Source: Alphaproteobacteria bacterium (GTDB lineage Bacteria; Pseudomonadota; Alphaproteobacteria; UBA6615). Taken from it: DNA of 64,000 nt. Shown piece by piece: positions 36,563 through 49,555 of the stretch (position 1 is its first letter; each line of letters begins with the position of its first letter). The translations under genes and the position numbers were made by a program. The notes under the pieces are model-generated. The model did not search any database. It was given only the letters and a program-made list of their open reading frames with translations, and was not told where the DNA came from. The stretch spans positions 48,562-112,561 of the forward strand of contig JAJFJA010000046.1 of the NCBI GenBank assembly GCA_021774445.1, given 5' to 3'.

Positions 36563-36729
36563 CCGTCTAGACTCCTCTTGCCTAGTGCATCATATCACAC
36601 TGCCGAGCTTGCGCCGGAATACTGAGACATCAACGGTCATTCATCAAGCGCGCGGGTTCTGCCGTGGTCTGCCACACCAACATGTCGAGGCCTGCAACAG
36701 CTTCGAGATAAACTCCCTATAAGGCAGTC

Positions 36730-37194
36730 CTAAGCCGGCTTCGCACGCGCGCCGACCGCCCCAGCGTCGCCGTAGAGGTCTTTCGCCCGCGCTTCGAAGG
36801 CCCGCACCATGCGCGAGATCGCCTCGTGGAACAGCGCGCCGATCAGCTTTTGCAGCACCCGGGAGCGGAATTCGAAATCCACATAGAAATCGATCTCGCA
36901 GCGGCCGTCCGGCAGATCTTTGAAAATCCAGTGGTTCTGCAAGTGTTTCAACGGCCCGTCGATATATTCCACATCGATCCGCAGCGGCGACAGGGTCACC
37001 TTGGAGGTGAAGCGCTCACGCACGAATTTGAAGCCGATGATCATCTCGGACCACACCACGTCGCCCTCTCGCCGCAAGTGGCGAGCGGCCAGGCACCAGG
37101 GCAGGAACTCAGGATATTTCTCGATATCCGCGACCAGGCCATAAACCTGCTCGGCGCTATAGGGCAGGACACGTTTCTCGGCATGGCTTGGCAT
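36730..37194 (-). CDS. SRPBCC/START-fold protein, COQ10/RatA family (ubiquinone-binding type)
   Basis: 154 aa. ...LPYSAEQVYGLVADIEKYPEFLPWC... Located immediately downstream of lipA, with a 1-nt gap. Confidence 0.75.
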   Translation of the reverse strand: MPSHAEKRVLPYSAEQVYGLVADIEKYPEFLPWCLAARHLRREGDVVWSEMIIGFKFVRERFTSKVTLSPLRIDVEYIDGPLKHLQNHWIFKDLPDGRCEIDFYVDFEFRSRVLQKLIGALFHEAISRMVRAFEARAKDLYGDAGAVGARAKPA

Positions 37195-37195
37195 G

Positions 37196-38143
37196 CTATT
37201 CGGCGGCGCTTTTCAGCTGTGCCTCTCGCGCCTCGCGCAGCTTCGCAAAATCGTCGCCGGCGTGATAGCTCGAGCGCGTTAGCGGCGAGCTGGCCGCCAA
37301 CAGAAAACCCTTACCGCGGGCGATACTGGCATAAGCCTCGAACTCGTCCGGCGTCACGAACCTGTCGATCGCGGCGTGCTTCGCCGTCGGCTGTAGATAT
37401 TGGCCGATAGTCAGAAAATCGACCTGCGCCGAGCGCATGTCGTCCATCACCTGCAACACTTCTTCGCGGGTCTCACCGAGACCGACCATCAACCCCGACT
37501 TGGTGAAGAGTCCGGGCATCCGCTGTTTGGCTTCAAACAGCAGATTGAGGCTGGTGAAATAGCGCGCCCCGGGGCGGATCGACGGATACAACCGCGGCAC
37601 GGTCTCAAGATTGTGGTTGAACACATCCGGCGGTGCCGCTTCAAAACAATCCAGCGCGTTCGGCTTTTCCTTAAAATCCGGAGTCAGAATCTCAATCGTC
37701 GTCGCCGGCGCCGCCGCTCGTATCTGCGTCACCACATCCGCAAAATGTGCCGCGCCACCGTCCGCCAGATCGTCACGATCCACCGAAGTGATCACCACGT
37801 GATTCAGACCCAGGCTGCCGACCGCCAACGCCACATTCGTCGGCTCCAGCGGATCAAGCGGATTCGGCTGCCCGGTCGCCACATTGCAGAAGGCGCAAGC
37901 CCGGGTGCAGGTGTCCCCCATGATCATCATGGTGGCGTGCTTCTTCGACCAGCACTCGCCGATATTGGGACAAGCCGCTTCCTCGCACACCGTCGTCAGA
38001 TTCAGGCCCCGCATCAGCTCGCGGACCTTGTGATATTCCGGCGACGTCGGCGCCTTCACCCGGATCCATTTCGGCTTGCGCTGAATCGGGTTATCCGGCC
38101 GGTTTCGCTTCTCCGGATGACGATATGTGGCCTGTTCGCTCAT
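37196..38143 (-). CDS. lipA: Lipoyl synthase
   Basis: Cys clusters [12 protein letters not shown] and CTRACAFC (radical SAM). I trimmed the start to [12 protein letters not shown] to avoid overlapping the lpd stop. Confidence 0.9.
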   Translation of the reverse strand: MSEQATYRHPEKRNRPDNPIQRKPKWIRVKAPTSPEYHKVRELMRGLNLTTVCEEAACPNIGECWSKKHATMMIMGDTCTRACAFCNVATGQPNPLDPLEPTNVALAVGSLGLNHVVITSVDRDDLADGGAAHFADVVTQIRAAAPATTIEILTPDFKEKPNALDCFEAAPPDVFNHNLETVPRLYPSIRPGARYFTSLNLLFEAKQRMPGLFTKSGLMVGLGETREEVLQVMDDMRSAQVDFLTIGQYLQPTAKHAAIDRFVTPDEFEAYASIARGKGFLLAASSPLTRSSYHAGDDFAKLREAREAQLKSAAE

Positions 38144-38150
38144 GCTAAGC

Positions 38151-39563
38151 CTAGAAGTGGATCGCCCGTCCGTAGGCGTCAAGGACGGACTCATGCATCA
38201 TCTCGCTCAACGTCGGATGCGGGAAGATCGCATGCATCAGCTCCGCTTCGGTGGATTCGAGGGTCTTGGCGACGCCATAGCCTTGAATCAGCTCCGTGAC
38301 CTCCGCGCCGATCATATGCGCGCCGAGCAACTCCCCGGTTTCGGCGTCGAAAACAGTTTTGACCATCCCTTCGGGTTCACCCAGAGCGATCGCCTTGCCG
38401 TTGCCGATGAAAGGAAAACGGCCAATCTTAAGCTTCCGTCCGCCCTCCGCGGCCTTCGCTTCCGTCAGCCCGATAGAGGCGATCTGCGGTCGGCAATAGG
38501 TGCATCCCGGAATGGCGGAGACATTCAGCGGCTGCACATGGCCTAACCCGGCGATCTTCTCAACGCAGATCACCCCTTCATGGCTCGCCTTATGGGCCAG
38601 CCAGGGCGGTCCGGTCAGATCGCCGATCGCATAGACGCCGGCCTCGTCGGTCTCCATCCATTGGTTGGTGACTACATGGGTCTTCTCAACCCGGATTTTC
38701 GTCCCCTCGAGCCCGATATTCTCCACATTGCCGACGATCCCAACCGCCAGGATGACGCGGTCAACGGTGATTTCCGACGATTTTCCACCGCTCTCGATCA
38801 CCGCCTTAACGGAATTCCCACCCGGTTTAAGCGACTTCACCGTCGCGCCCGTATGCAAGGTCATACCCTGCTTCTTGAACGCCTTCAGCGCCATGGCCGA
38901 AATCTCTTCGTCCTCGACCGGCAGGATACGGTCCATCACCTCGACCACCGTCACCTCGGCACCGAGATCCCGATAGAAGGAGGCAAACTCGATCCCGATG
39001 GCGCCCGACCCAACGACCAGCAGCGATTTCGGCATCGCCTCCGGCACCATGGCCTCCCGGTAGGTCCAGATCAGCTTGCCGTCCGGCTCCAGCCCCGGCA
39101 GGGAGCGCGCCCGCGCCCCAGTGGCCAGAATTACATGTTTCGCCGTCAGCTCGGCCACCGCGGCACCGTCTTTCGTCACCGCGACTTTACGCGCACCGGC
39201 GGCCCCACCCGCCAGCGCGCCCTGCCCATCGAACACCGTCACTTTGTTCTTCTTGAGCAGCCCGCCGACGCCACGGTTGAGCTGGCCCGCCACCTTGCGC
39301 GATCGCTTGACGATCTTGGCGACATCGAACCCAACATTGTCGGCCGACAGGCCGAAATCCGCGGCGTGCTGCATCAAGTGATAAATCTCGGATGTCCGCA
39401 GCAAGGCTTTGGTCGGGATACAGCCCCAATTCAGGCAGATCCCACCGAGATGCTCCCGCTCGACGACCGCCGCTTTCATGCCCAGTTGGGCGGCGCGAAT
39501 AGCGGCCACATAGCCGCCGGGGCCGCCGCCGACGACGACCAGGTCGAAACTACTTTCAGCCAT
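38151..39563 (-). CDS. lpdA: Dihydrolipoyl dehydrogenase (E3)
   Basis: [22 protein letters not shown], the redox disulfide [13 protein letters not shown] and the C-terminal HPTLSE motif. Confidence 0.95.
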   Translation of the reverse strand: MAESSFDLVVVGGGPGGYVAAIRAAQLGMKAAVVEREHLGGICLNWGCIPTKALLRTSEIYHLMQHAADFGLSADNVGFDVAKIVKRSRKVAGQLNRGVGGLLKKNKVTVFDGQGALAGGAAGARKVAVTKDGAAVAELTAKHVILATGARARSLPGLEPDGKLIWTYREAMVPEAMPKSLLVVGSGAIGIEFASFYRDLGAEVTVVEVMDRILPVEDEEISAMALKAFKKQGMTLHTGATVKSLKPGGNSVKAVIESGGKSSEITVDRVILAVGIVGNVENIGLEGTKIRVEKTHVVTNQWMETDEAGVYAIGDLTGPPWLAHKASHEGVICVEKIAGLGHVQPLNVSAIPGCTYCRPQIASIGLTEAKAAEGGRKLKIGRFPFIGNGKAIALGEPEGMVKTVFDAETGELLGAHMIGAEVTELIQGYGVAKTLESTEAELMHAIFPHPTLSEMMHESVLDAYGRAIHF

Positions 39564-39580
39564 GATTTCCCCGCTGACCG

Positions 39581-40858
39581 CTACAGCAGCATGGTCAGCG
39601 GATCTTCCACCAACGTCTTGAATGCTGCCAGGAACTTCGCACCGATCGCGCCGTCAACGACCCGGTGATCCACCGACAAGGTACAGCTCATCACCGTCGC
39701 CACGGCCAACGCTCCATCCTTGACCACCGGGCGTTGTTCTCCGGCCCCGACCGCCAGGATGCAGCCCTGTGGCGGGTTGATCACCGCGGCGAATTCACGG
39801 ATCCCGAACATACCCAGGTTGGAGATGGAGAAGGTGCCGCCTTGGTACTCCTCGGGCATCAGTTTGCCCTCGCGCGCCTTCGTCGCCAGGACCTTCATCT
39901 CCTCGGAAATGTTACGCAGTCCCTTGTCTTCCGCTTGCCGGATAACCGGCGTGATCAACCCGCCGTCGATTGCGACCGCGACCGCGACATCGGCCGATTT
40001 GTACCGCCTCACGCCCTCGTCCGACCACGATGCGTTGGCCTCCGGAACTATGCGTAGGCCCAGCGCCACCGCTTTGATGATCATATCGTTGACCGACAGC
40101 TTGAAATCGTCCGCCCGGCCGTTCAACTCCTTGCGGATTTCCAGCAACCGATCGATATGACAGTCGATCGTCAGGTAGAAATGCGGCACGGTTTGTTTGG
40201 ATTCCGTCAGCCGTTGGGCGATGACTTTGCGCATGGTCGTATGCGGCACCAAGTCATAGGCGGCTTCGCCGGCACTCAGCGCGACCGGTTGTCTGGCCGC
40301 CGCCGCGGCCGGCGCCGGAGCGGCGGCCGCCGGCCTTGCCCCAACCTGACCACCCTCAACATCGGCCCGCACGATACGGCCATGCGGACCGCTGCCTGTG
40401 ATTCTGCTTAGATCGAGGCCCATTTGCTGGGCCATCCGCCGTGCCAACGGGCTGGCAAAGATCCGCTGATGATCGGCGCCATTGCCTGCCGCGGCCGGCG
40501 CCAACGGTGCCTCGGCCACAGCGCGCACCGGTTCGGCGGGGGCCGGCGCCGGCTGATCCGCCACCGTTTGCGGCGCCGCAGCAGCAGAAAAACCGGCCAA
40601 GTCCGCCTCCCCTTCGCCTTCTTCCAGGATCACCGCGATTGGCGTGTTCACCGCCACCCCGTCGGTCCCTTCCTCGACCAGGATCCGACCAAGCGTGCCC
40701 TCTTCGACCGCCTCGACCTCCATGGTCGCCTTATCGGTCTCGATCTCCGCGACCACGTCGCCGGCGGTGACCGTATCGCCGACCGCCTTGTGCCACTTGG
40801 CCAGGTTGCCTTCAGTCATCGTCGGCGACAGCGCCGGCATCAATATCGAAATTGGCAT
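39581..40858 (-). CDS. pdhC: Pyruvate dehydrogenase complex E2, dihydrolipoyllysine-residue acetyltransferase
   Basis: I trimmed the start to [17 protein letters not shown]. It has a lipoyl domain ([14 protein letters not shown]), an Ala/Pro linker, a subunit-binding domain (ASPLARRMA) and a catalytic DHRVVDG. Confidence 0.9.
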   Translation of the reverse strand: MPISILMPALSPTMTEGNLAKWHKAVGDTVTAGDVVAEIETDKATMEVEAVEEGTLGRILVEEGTDGVAVNTPIAVILEEGEGEADLAGFSAAAAPQTVADQPAPAPAEPVRAVAEAPLAPAAAGNGADHQRIFASPLARRMAQQMGLDLSRITGSGPHGRIVRADVEGGQVGARPAAAAPAPAAAAARQPVALSAGEAAYDLVPHTTMRKVIAQRLTESKQTVPHFYLTIDCHIDRLLEIRKELNGRADDFKLSVNDMIIKAVALGLRIVPEANASWSDEGVRRYKSADVAVAVAIDGGLITPVIRQAEDKGLRNISEEMKVLATKAREGKLMPEEYQGGTFSISNLGMFGIREFAAVINPPQGCILAVGAGEQRPVVKDGALAVATVMSCTLSVDHRVVDGAIGAKFLAAFKTLVEDPLTMLL

Positions 40859-40892
40859 GAGCCCCCGCTCCGTTTCTGCCTTGCCGCGCTCG

Positions 40893-42257
40893 TCATGAGC
40901 GGTAGCTGACGGCTTTTGCTGCGTCGACGATATCTTTTGTCTGCGGCAACGCCAATCGTTCCAGGTTTGCGGCATACGGCATCGGCACGTCCGCGCCGTT
41001 GACCCGCGCGACCGGCGCATCGAGCCAATCGAACGCCTGTTCCATCATGATTGCCGCCATCTCCGACCCGATACCGGCAAACGGCCAGCCCTCTTCCACC
41101 GAAACCAGGCGATTGGTCTTCTTCACCGAAGTGACAATCGTTTCGACGTCCAGCGGCCGAATGGTCCGCAGGTCGATCACCTCGGCGCTGATACCCTCTC
41201 CGGCCAGGGCGTCGGCGGCCTCCACCGCGCGCTCGACCATCAAGGAAAAGGCGACGATGGTAACATCGTCGCCTTTCCGCACGACCTTGGCCTTGCCCAG
41301 GGGGACGACATAGTCCTCCTCAGTCGGCACGTCGAAGCTTTGGCCGTAAAGCAGTTCATTCTCCAAGAACACCACCGGATTGGGATCGCGAATAGCTGCT
41401 TTCAGCAGCCCCTTCGCATCCGCCGCCGAATAAGGCGCCACCACTTTCAAACCGGGGCAATGAGCATACCAACTGGCGTAACATTGGGAATGCTGTGCCC
41501 CCACCCGTGACGCCGCGCCATTCGGGCCTCTGAACACGATCTGAGAGGTGATCTGCCCCCCGGACATGTAGTGGGTCTTCGCGGCAGAATTGATGATCTG
41601 ATCGATGGCCTGCATGGCAAAGTTGAAGGTCATGAACTCGATGATCGGTTTTAGTCCGGCAAAAGCGGCACCGACCCCAAGCCCGGTAAACCCGTGTTCC
41701 GTAATCGGCGTGTCGATGACGCGACGCTCGCCGAACTCGTCCAGCAGACCCTGACTGACCTTGTAAGCCCCTTGGTACTGCGCGACTTCCTCGCCCATCA
41801 GGAACACGTCGTCGTCGCGCCGCATTTCTTCCGCCATCGCGTCCCGCAACGCCTCGCGTACGCTCAGCCGCGTCGTCGGACCGGTATAGTCCGCCTCTGC
41901 CGGCACCGCAGCCACAGCCGGCGCAACGGATTTGCTCGCCGTCATGGGTTCAGGCGACGGCGCTACCGCCGCCGGCGCATTGTCGGCGCCGTTCTTGAGT
42001 ACCGCGGCGTCCTCACCCTCTTCCAACAGCACGGCGATCGGCGTATTCACCGCGACATTCTCCGTACCTTCCGGGACCAGGATCTGGCCAAGTACGCCTT
42101 CGTCGGCGGCCTCCACCTCCATCGTCGCCTTGTCGGTCTCGATTTCCGCCAGCACGTCTCCCGCCACGACATCGTCGCCCTCGGATTTCAGCCACTTGGC
42201 CAGGTTGCCCTCGGTCATTGTCGGCGATAGCGCCGGCATTAGTACTTGGATCGACAT
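40893..42257 (-). CDS. pdhB: Pyruvate dehydrogenase E1 beta subunit with N-terminal lipoyl domain
   Basis: The N-terminal lipoyl domain ([21 protein letters not shown]...[14 protein letters not shown]) is fused to a transketolase-like E1 beta body (...[13 protein letters not shown]...). Confidence 0.9.
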   Translation of the reverse strand: MSIQVLMPALSPTMTEGNLAKWLKSEGDDVVAGDVLAEIETDKATMEVEAADEGVLGQILVPEGTENVAVNTPIAVLLEEGEDAAVLKNGADNAPAAVAPSPEPMTASKSVAPAVAAVPAEADYTGPTTRLSVREALRDAMAEEMRRDDDVFLMGEEVAQYQGAYKVSQGLLDEFGERRVIDTPITEHGFTGLGVGAAFAGLKPIIEFMTFNFAMQAIDQIINSAAKTHYMSGGQITSQIVFRGPNGAASRVGAQHSQCYASWYAHCPGLKVVAPYSAADAKGLLKAAIRDPNPVVFLENELLYGQSFDVPTEEDYVVPLGKAKVVRKGDDVTIVAFSLMVERAVEAADALAGEGISAEVIDLRTIRPLDVETIVTSVKKTNRLVSVEEGWPFAGIGSEMAAIMMEQAFDWLDAPVARVNGADVPMPYAANLERLALPQTKDIVDAAKAVSYRS

Positions 42258-42294
42258 GCTGTCCCCCGTTTGTCCCAACCCAGCCTACGGCCGC

Positions 42295-43317
42295 TCACGC
42301 TTCCACCAGAATATCGGTGTATAGCTCGGCCGGGTCCGGCTCCGGGCTGTTTTGTGCAAACTCCGCCGCTTCCGTGATGACGCGCTTTACCTCGCGGTCA
42401 ATCTCCTTCAGCCCGTCCTCCGATACGTGGTCGCCATCAAGGATCGTCTTGCGCAGCGTCTCGATCGGATCCTTCTCGGACCGCATCTTTTGCACTTCTT
42501 CCTTCGATCGATATTTCGCCGGATCCGACATCGAATGGCCGCGATAGCGGTAGGTCTGCATTTCGAGGATTATCGGCCCTTTGCCGGCGCGCGCGGCAGC
42601 CACCGCCTTGGCGCCCGCTTCCCTCACGGCCATCACATCCATGCCGTCGACTGTCTCACCGGGAATGCCGTAGGCGGAACCGCGACGGTACAAGTCCGTA
42701 TTCGCCGACGCGCGCTCGATCGACGTTCCCATGCCGTATCGGTTGTTCTCGATCACGTAGATCACCGGCAGTTGCCACAGCGCCGCCATGTTGAAGGACT
42801 CATACACTTGGCCTTGATTGACTGCGCCATCGCCGAAATACGTCAGACTCACGCCGCCATTGCCGCGATACATGTGGGAGAAGGCAATTCCGGTCCCCAG
42901 CGGCACGTTGGCGCCGACGATGCCGTGCCCGCCGAAGAAGTTCTTCTCCTTCGAGAACATGTGCATCGAGCCGCCTTTGCCCTTTGAGTAACCGCCACGT
43001 CGCCCCGTCAGTTCGGCCATGACCCCGCGCGGGTCCATACCGCACGCCAGCATATGACCGTGATCGCGATAGGTCGTGATCACCGTGTCTTGCGCCTCCA
43101 ATTCGGCCTGCATGCCCACAACCACGGCCTCTTGGCCGATATAGAGGTGACAGAAACCGCCGATGAGGCCCATGCCATACATTTGTCCGGCCTTCTCTTC
43201 GAAGCGCCGGATGAGTAGCATATCTTTGTAATATTTGAGAAATTCGTCACGACTGACTGCCGGTTTTCGCCCCCGCGATTTCACCGCGGGTTTGGCCTTG
43301 CTACTCGATTTCGCCAT
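42295..43317 (-). CDS. pdhA: Pyruvate dehydrogenase E1 alpha subunit
   Basis: I trimmed the start to MAKSSSKAK, behind GGGAGGGGA. TPP-binding motif ...GDGAVNQGQVYESFNMAAL...NNRYGMGT...YRYRGHSMSDP. Confidence 0.9.
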   Translation of the reverse strand: MAKSSSKAKPAVKSRGRKPAVSRDEFLKYYKDMLLIRRFEEKAGQMYGMGLIGGFCHLYIGQEAVVVGMQAELEAQDTVITTYRDHGHMLACGMDPRGVMAELTGRRGGYSKGKGGSMHMFSKEKNFFGGHGIVGANVPLGTGIAFSHMYRGNGGVSLTYFGDGAVNQGQVYESFNMAALWQLPVIYVIENNRYGMGTSIERASANTDLYRRGSAYGIPGETVDGMDVMAVREAGAKAVAAARAGKGPIILEMQTYRYRGHSMSDPAKYRSKEEVQKMRSEKDPIETLRKTILDGDHVSEDGLKEIDREVKRVITEAAEFAQNSPEPDPAELYTDILVEA

Positions 43318-43812
43318 TCGTGTCCCCTCCCTGCATCGGTATCTGACGGCCACCTCATCGTTCCACAGTTAAGTTAATCAACTACCTTCCGCAAGCTGGC
43401 CCACGCCAGAAAAGCGCGGATAACCAGTGCGTAAGAACGAATTAACTAGAATTAAGTTAAGTCGATGTCACGCACACGAAAGATACTATCCGATATCCGC
43501 TGGACTGGAACACAATGTTACCTTGGGTTTTTGTCCGAACTCCGGGACCCGAACTCAAAACCACCGGCGGCAATCCGCACCCGCGTGGCGTCAGTGCACG
43601 ACTTGCAAGCCCGACCTTGATGCAAGGTCACGCGTCGAGACCGGCAAGCGAAGCCCGTCCATAAGAACACCGACGTCGGCCCGACGTCGCTCCATTCCTG
43701 ATCTCCCCATCAGCAGGATTGGCGGGCCGATATTAGAAATACGATTGAATTCGTTGAATCATTAGGAGCAGAGATTTGAGCTGCCCGTCATAGCCGCCTG
43801 GGGCGACGCGCC

Positions 43813-44163
43813 TCAGCGTCCTTCCAGAATCACCAGGTCGTCGGGCCGGGCGTAGTTCAGCATCACCCGCGCCCGTTCCTCCAGCATATCCCGGTCGAGG
43901 CTGTCCGGACGCAATAAGGTGACCCGTGCCTCGAGCACCTCTCGTTCGTCCCGAAGCTGCGCTTCTATGGTTTCGGCGCGCGCCACTTTGGCCTGCATCT
44001 GCAAATAGGCCATCACGCCATACTGGCCCTGCACCATGTGATAACCCAGATAGCCGACCACCAAGGCGCCGAATATCGGGAACATGGCCTGTCGGGCCCG
44101 CAATTTGATCTCAAGCATTACTGCCATGGGTACCAACGAATCACAGCCGAATCCCGGCGTCAA
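43813..44163 (-). CDS. ftsB: Septum formation initiator family protein (FtsB/DivIC-like)
   Basis: Small protein with one TM helix (FPIFGALVVGYLGYH) followed by a coiled coil. It sits between eno and pdhA. The start may be the internal MAVMLEIK. Confidence 0.7.
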   Translation of the reverse strand: MTPGFGCDSLVPMAVMLEIKLRARQAMFPIFGALVVGYLGYHMVQGQYGVMAYLQMQAKVARAETIEAQLRDEREVLEARVTLLRPDSLDRDMLEERARVMLNYARPDDLVILEGR

Positions 44164-44199
44164 GGTCAGGAGTGGGTCAAGCTGGGGACAACTCTCGGA

Positions 44200-45498
<1,299 letters not shown>

Positions 45499-46353
45499 TT
45501 AAGCCAGTCGAACCGGCTTTGATTTCGCCACCTTGTCAAAGGCCTGCAGTGTCTCGATCAGGTCCTCCAACTCGCCAAGCCGGACCATATTCGGGCCATC
45601 GCTCGGGGCATTGTCCGGATCCTGATGTGTTTCCATGAACACCGCCGCCACACCCACGGCGACCGCCGCCCGGGCCAGCACCGGCACGAATTCACGCTGC
45701 CCGCCGGTGCTCTTGCCCTGCCCGCCCGGCTGCTGCACCGAATGGGTGGCGTCGAACACGACGGGACACCCGGTTTGCTGCGCCAGCACCGGCAAGGCCC
45801 GCATGTCGGAGACCAGCGTGTTGTAGCCAAAGCTGACACCGCGTTCGCAGACCATCACCTGATTATTGCCGGCATCCAACACCTTGTCGGCAACATTTTT
45901 CATATCCCAAGGCGCCAGGAACTGACCCTTTTTGATATTCAGCGCCTTTCCCGTCGCGGCGGCGGCCAGCAATAAATCGGTCTGCCGACAAAGAAATGCC
46001 GGGATTTGCAGCACGTCGACGACGTCGGCAGCGATCGCACACTGCTCAGCCGTATGGACATCCGTCAGCACCGGGCAGCCGATCGTCTCGCGGATCTCCG
46101 CCAGCACCGCCAGCCCGGCGTCGATCCCGACCCCACGCCCGCTCGTCGCCGCCGTCCGATTCGCCTTGTCAAAGCTGCTCTTGTAGATCAGCCCAATACC
46201 ACGCCGCCCGCCGATTTCGGCCAGTGCGTGGGCCATCTCCAAGCCATGCTGCCGTGACTCGATAGCGCATGGCCCGGCAATCACCGTCAGCGGCAGATCG
46301 TTACCGATCTCCAACGCTCCCACCCGCACCCGCCGTCCGCTTGGCATACTCAT
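45499..46353 (-). CDS. kdsA: 3-deoxy-8-phosphooctulonate synthase
   Basis: ...[10 protein letters not shown]...[10 protein letters not shown]...DVHT...[14 protein letters not shown]...[10 protein letters not shown]... Confidence 0.95.
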   Translation of the reverse strand: MSMPSGRRVRVGALEIGNDLPLTVIAGPCAIESRQHGLEMAHALAEIGGRRGIGLIYKSSFDKANRTAATSGRGVGIDAGLAVLAEIRETIGCPVLTDVHTAEQCAIAADVVDVLQIPAFLCRQTDLLLAAAATGKALNIKKGQFLAPWDMKNVADKVLDAGNNQVMVCERGVSFGYNTLVSDMRALPVLAQQTGCPVVFDATHSVQQPGGQGKSTGGQREFVPVLARAAVAVGVAAVFMETHQDPDNAPSDGPNMVRLGELEDLIETLQAFDKVAKSKPVRLA

Positions 46354-46365
46354 GGCCAGTCGCCC

Positions 46366-48096
<1,731 letters not shown>

Positions 48097-48108
48097 CTAT
48101 TGCCGACA

Positions 48109-48489
48109 TCAATTGGTTGGCACCGTCGGCAGCAGCGGTGCGTCCGTGGCCTCTTCTTCGGCCGGCGCGGCGGCACCGCTATGTTCACCTCCCATGGTCG
48201 CGCCGCCGGAAATCGGCGCGGCACCATCCAACACCAGCGACCGGTTCCCGCCCGAGGGACCACCAGCCAATATCGCCAAGCCGATACTTGTTACAAAGAA
48301 AAGTCCCGCCAATACGGCTGTGGCACGGGTCAGGAAATTCGCTGTCGACCGGGTATCCATGAGACCGCCGCCACCACCGCCGCCGCCACCGCCAATGCCG
48401 AGGCCGCCACCTTCCGAACGCTGCAGCAGCACGGCTCCAACGATGCCGAGCGCCAACAGCAAGTGAATGACAAGGACGATTTGTTGCAT
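48109..48489 (-). CDS. secG: Preprotein translocase subunit SecG
   Basis: MQQIVLVIHLLLALGIVGAVLLQRSEGGGLG..., a Gly-rich middle and a second TM helix. Located downstream of tpiA. Confidence 0.85.
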   Translation of the reverse strand: MQQIVLVIHLLLALGIVGAVLLQRSEGGGLGIGGGGGGGGGGLMDTRSTANFLTRATAVLAGLFFVTSIGLAILAGGPSGGNRSLVLDGAAPISGGATMGGEHSGAAAPAEEEATDAPLLPTVPTN

Positions 48490-48586
48490 GTGGATTCCCT
48501 AACACCCCTTCCCTTCGCCGGAAGGGAGTATTTCCGGGTATTTAGTCCCGCCAGGCGCCCAATACCAGCTTAAACTTGCCGCCCAA

Positions 48587-49366
48587 TCAAGCGGCTGCGT
48601 CATAGATCGCACAGAATCCGTCTGCCTTAAGGCTGGCACCGCCGACCAGCGCCCCGTCAACATCCGCCAACGCCATAATTTCAGAGGCATTCTCCGGTTT
48701 CACGGAGCCACCATAGAGCAATCGGACCTCCCCGGCCGCATCGCCAAGCAATCCTGCCAATTCACGTCTAATATGGCCGTGGGCCTCGACAATCTGTTCA
48801 CGACTCGGCGTTCGCCCGGTGCCGATCGCCCACACTGGCTCATATGCGACAACCAGGTTATCGCCGGAGAGCTGAGTTTCACTGACCGGCAAGGACCCGT
48901 TCAACTGACCGCTCAATACCGCCAAGGTCTGCCCGGCATCGCGCTGCCCTTCGGTCTCGCCGATACAGACAATAGCCTTTAGTCCGGCCGCAATGGCCGC
49001 CACGGCCTTCCCTCGCACCTCGCCATCGCTCTCGCCATGGTCTTGACGGCGCTCGGAATGCCCGAGAATCACCGAGCGGGCCCCCGCATCCACCAGCATC
49101 GCGGCGCTCACATCTCCGGTATGAGCCCCCTGCCCGGCCGCATGGCAATCCTGGCCGCCGGCACTCACCCAGCTATCCCGCAACGCCGTGGCCACCGCGG
49201 CGAGCAGGGTCGCCGGCGGGCATACCAGCATATCGGCCGTCGGGGCCTGCCGCCCCTTTGCCCAAGCGCCGAGGGTTTCTGCCAGCGCCAGTCCATCGGC
49301 CCGCAGGCCATTCATTTTCCAATTTCCGGCAATCAGCGGTCGTCGCTGGCCATTGTGCCCGCTCAC
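48587..49366 (-). CDS. tpiA: Triose-phosphate isomerase
   Basis: ...[10 protein letters not shown]...ILGHSERR...[11 protein letters not shown]...GGASL... Confidence 0.95.
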   Translation of the reverse strand: MSGHNGQRRPLIAGNWKMNGLRADGLALAETLGAWAKGRQAPTADMLVCPPATLLAAVATALRDSWVSAGGQDCHAAGQGAHTGDVSAAMLVDAGARSVILGHSERRQDHGESDGEVRGKAVAAIAAGLKAIVCIGETEGQRDAGQTLAVLSGQLNGSLPVSETQLSGDNLVVAYEPVWAIGTGRTPSREQIVEAHGHIRRELAGLLGDAAGEVRLLYGGSVKPENASEIMALADVDGALVGGASLKADGFCAIYDAAA

Positions 49367-49555
49367 CCCAGTCTCCCATAAAGGCTTTTACTGTCCGCGC
49401 CATGTAGCACAAAGCCTGGAATCCCGCCATGGCCGACCTCACATATTGTCGAACCGAGCGTGATCGGCCTCGCTAGCCTTGCCGCTGACTATGGCACAAC
49501 CGTATCATGCGTCGATTTTGGCGATCCATCGCAACCAGATAGAAGGCGACCGGCC

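Noticed and set aside
36730-37194. RatA-family protein as a type II toxin-antitoxin toxin
   Set aside because: No small antitoxin partner is adjacent. The gene sits 1 nt downstream of lipA. That position fits the housekeeping COQ10/SRPBCC ubiquinone-binding homologs better than a mobile TA pair.
48491-48586. Hairpin TCCCTTC-GCCG-GAAGGGA between tpiA and secG as a terminator
   Set aside because: The stem is short, no T-tract follows on the coding (minus) strand, and tpiA-secG are plausibly co-transcribed.
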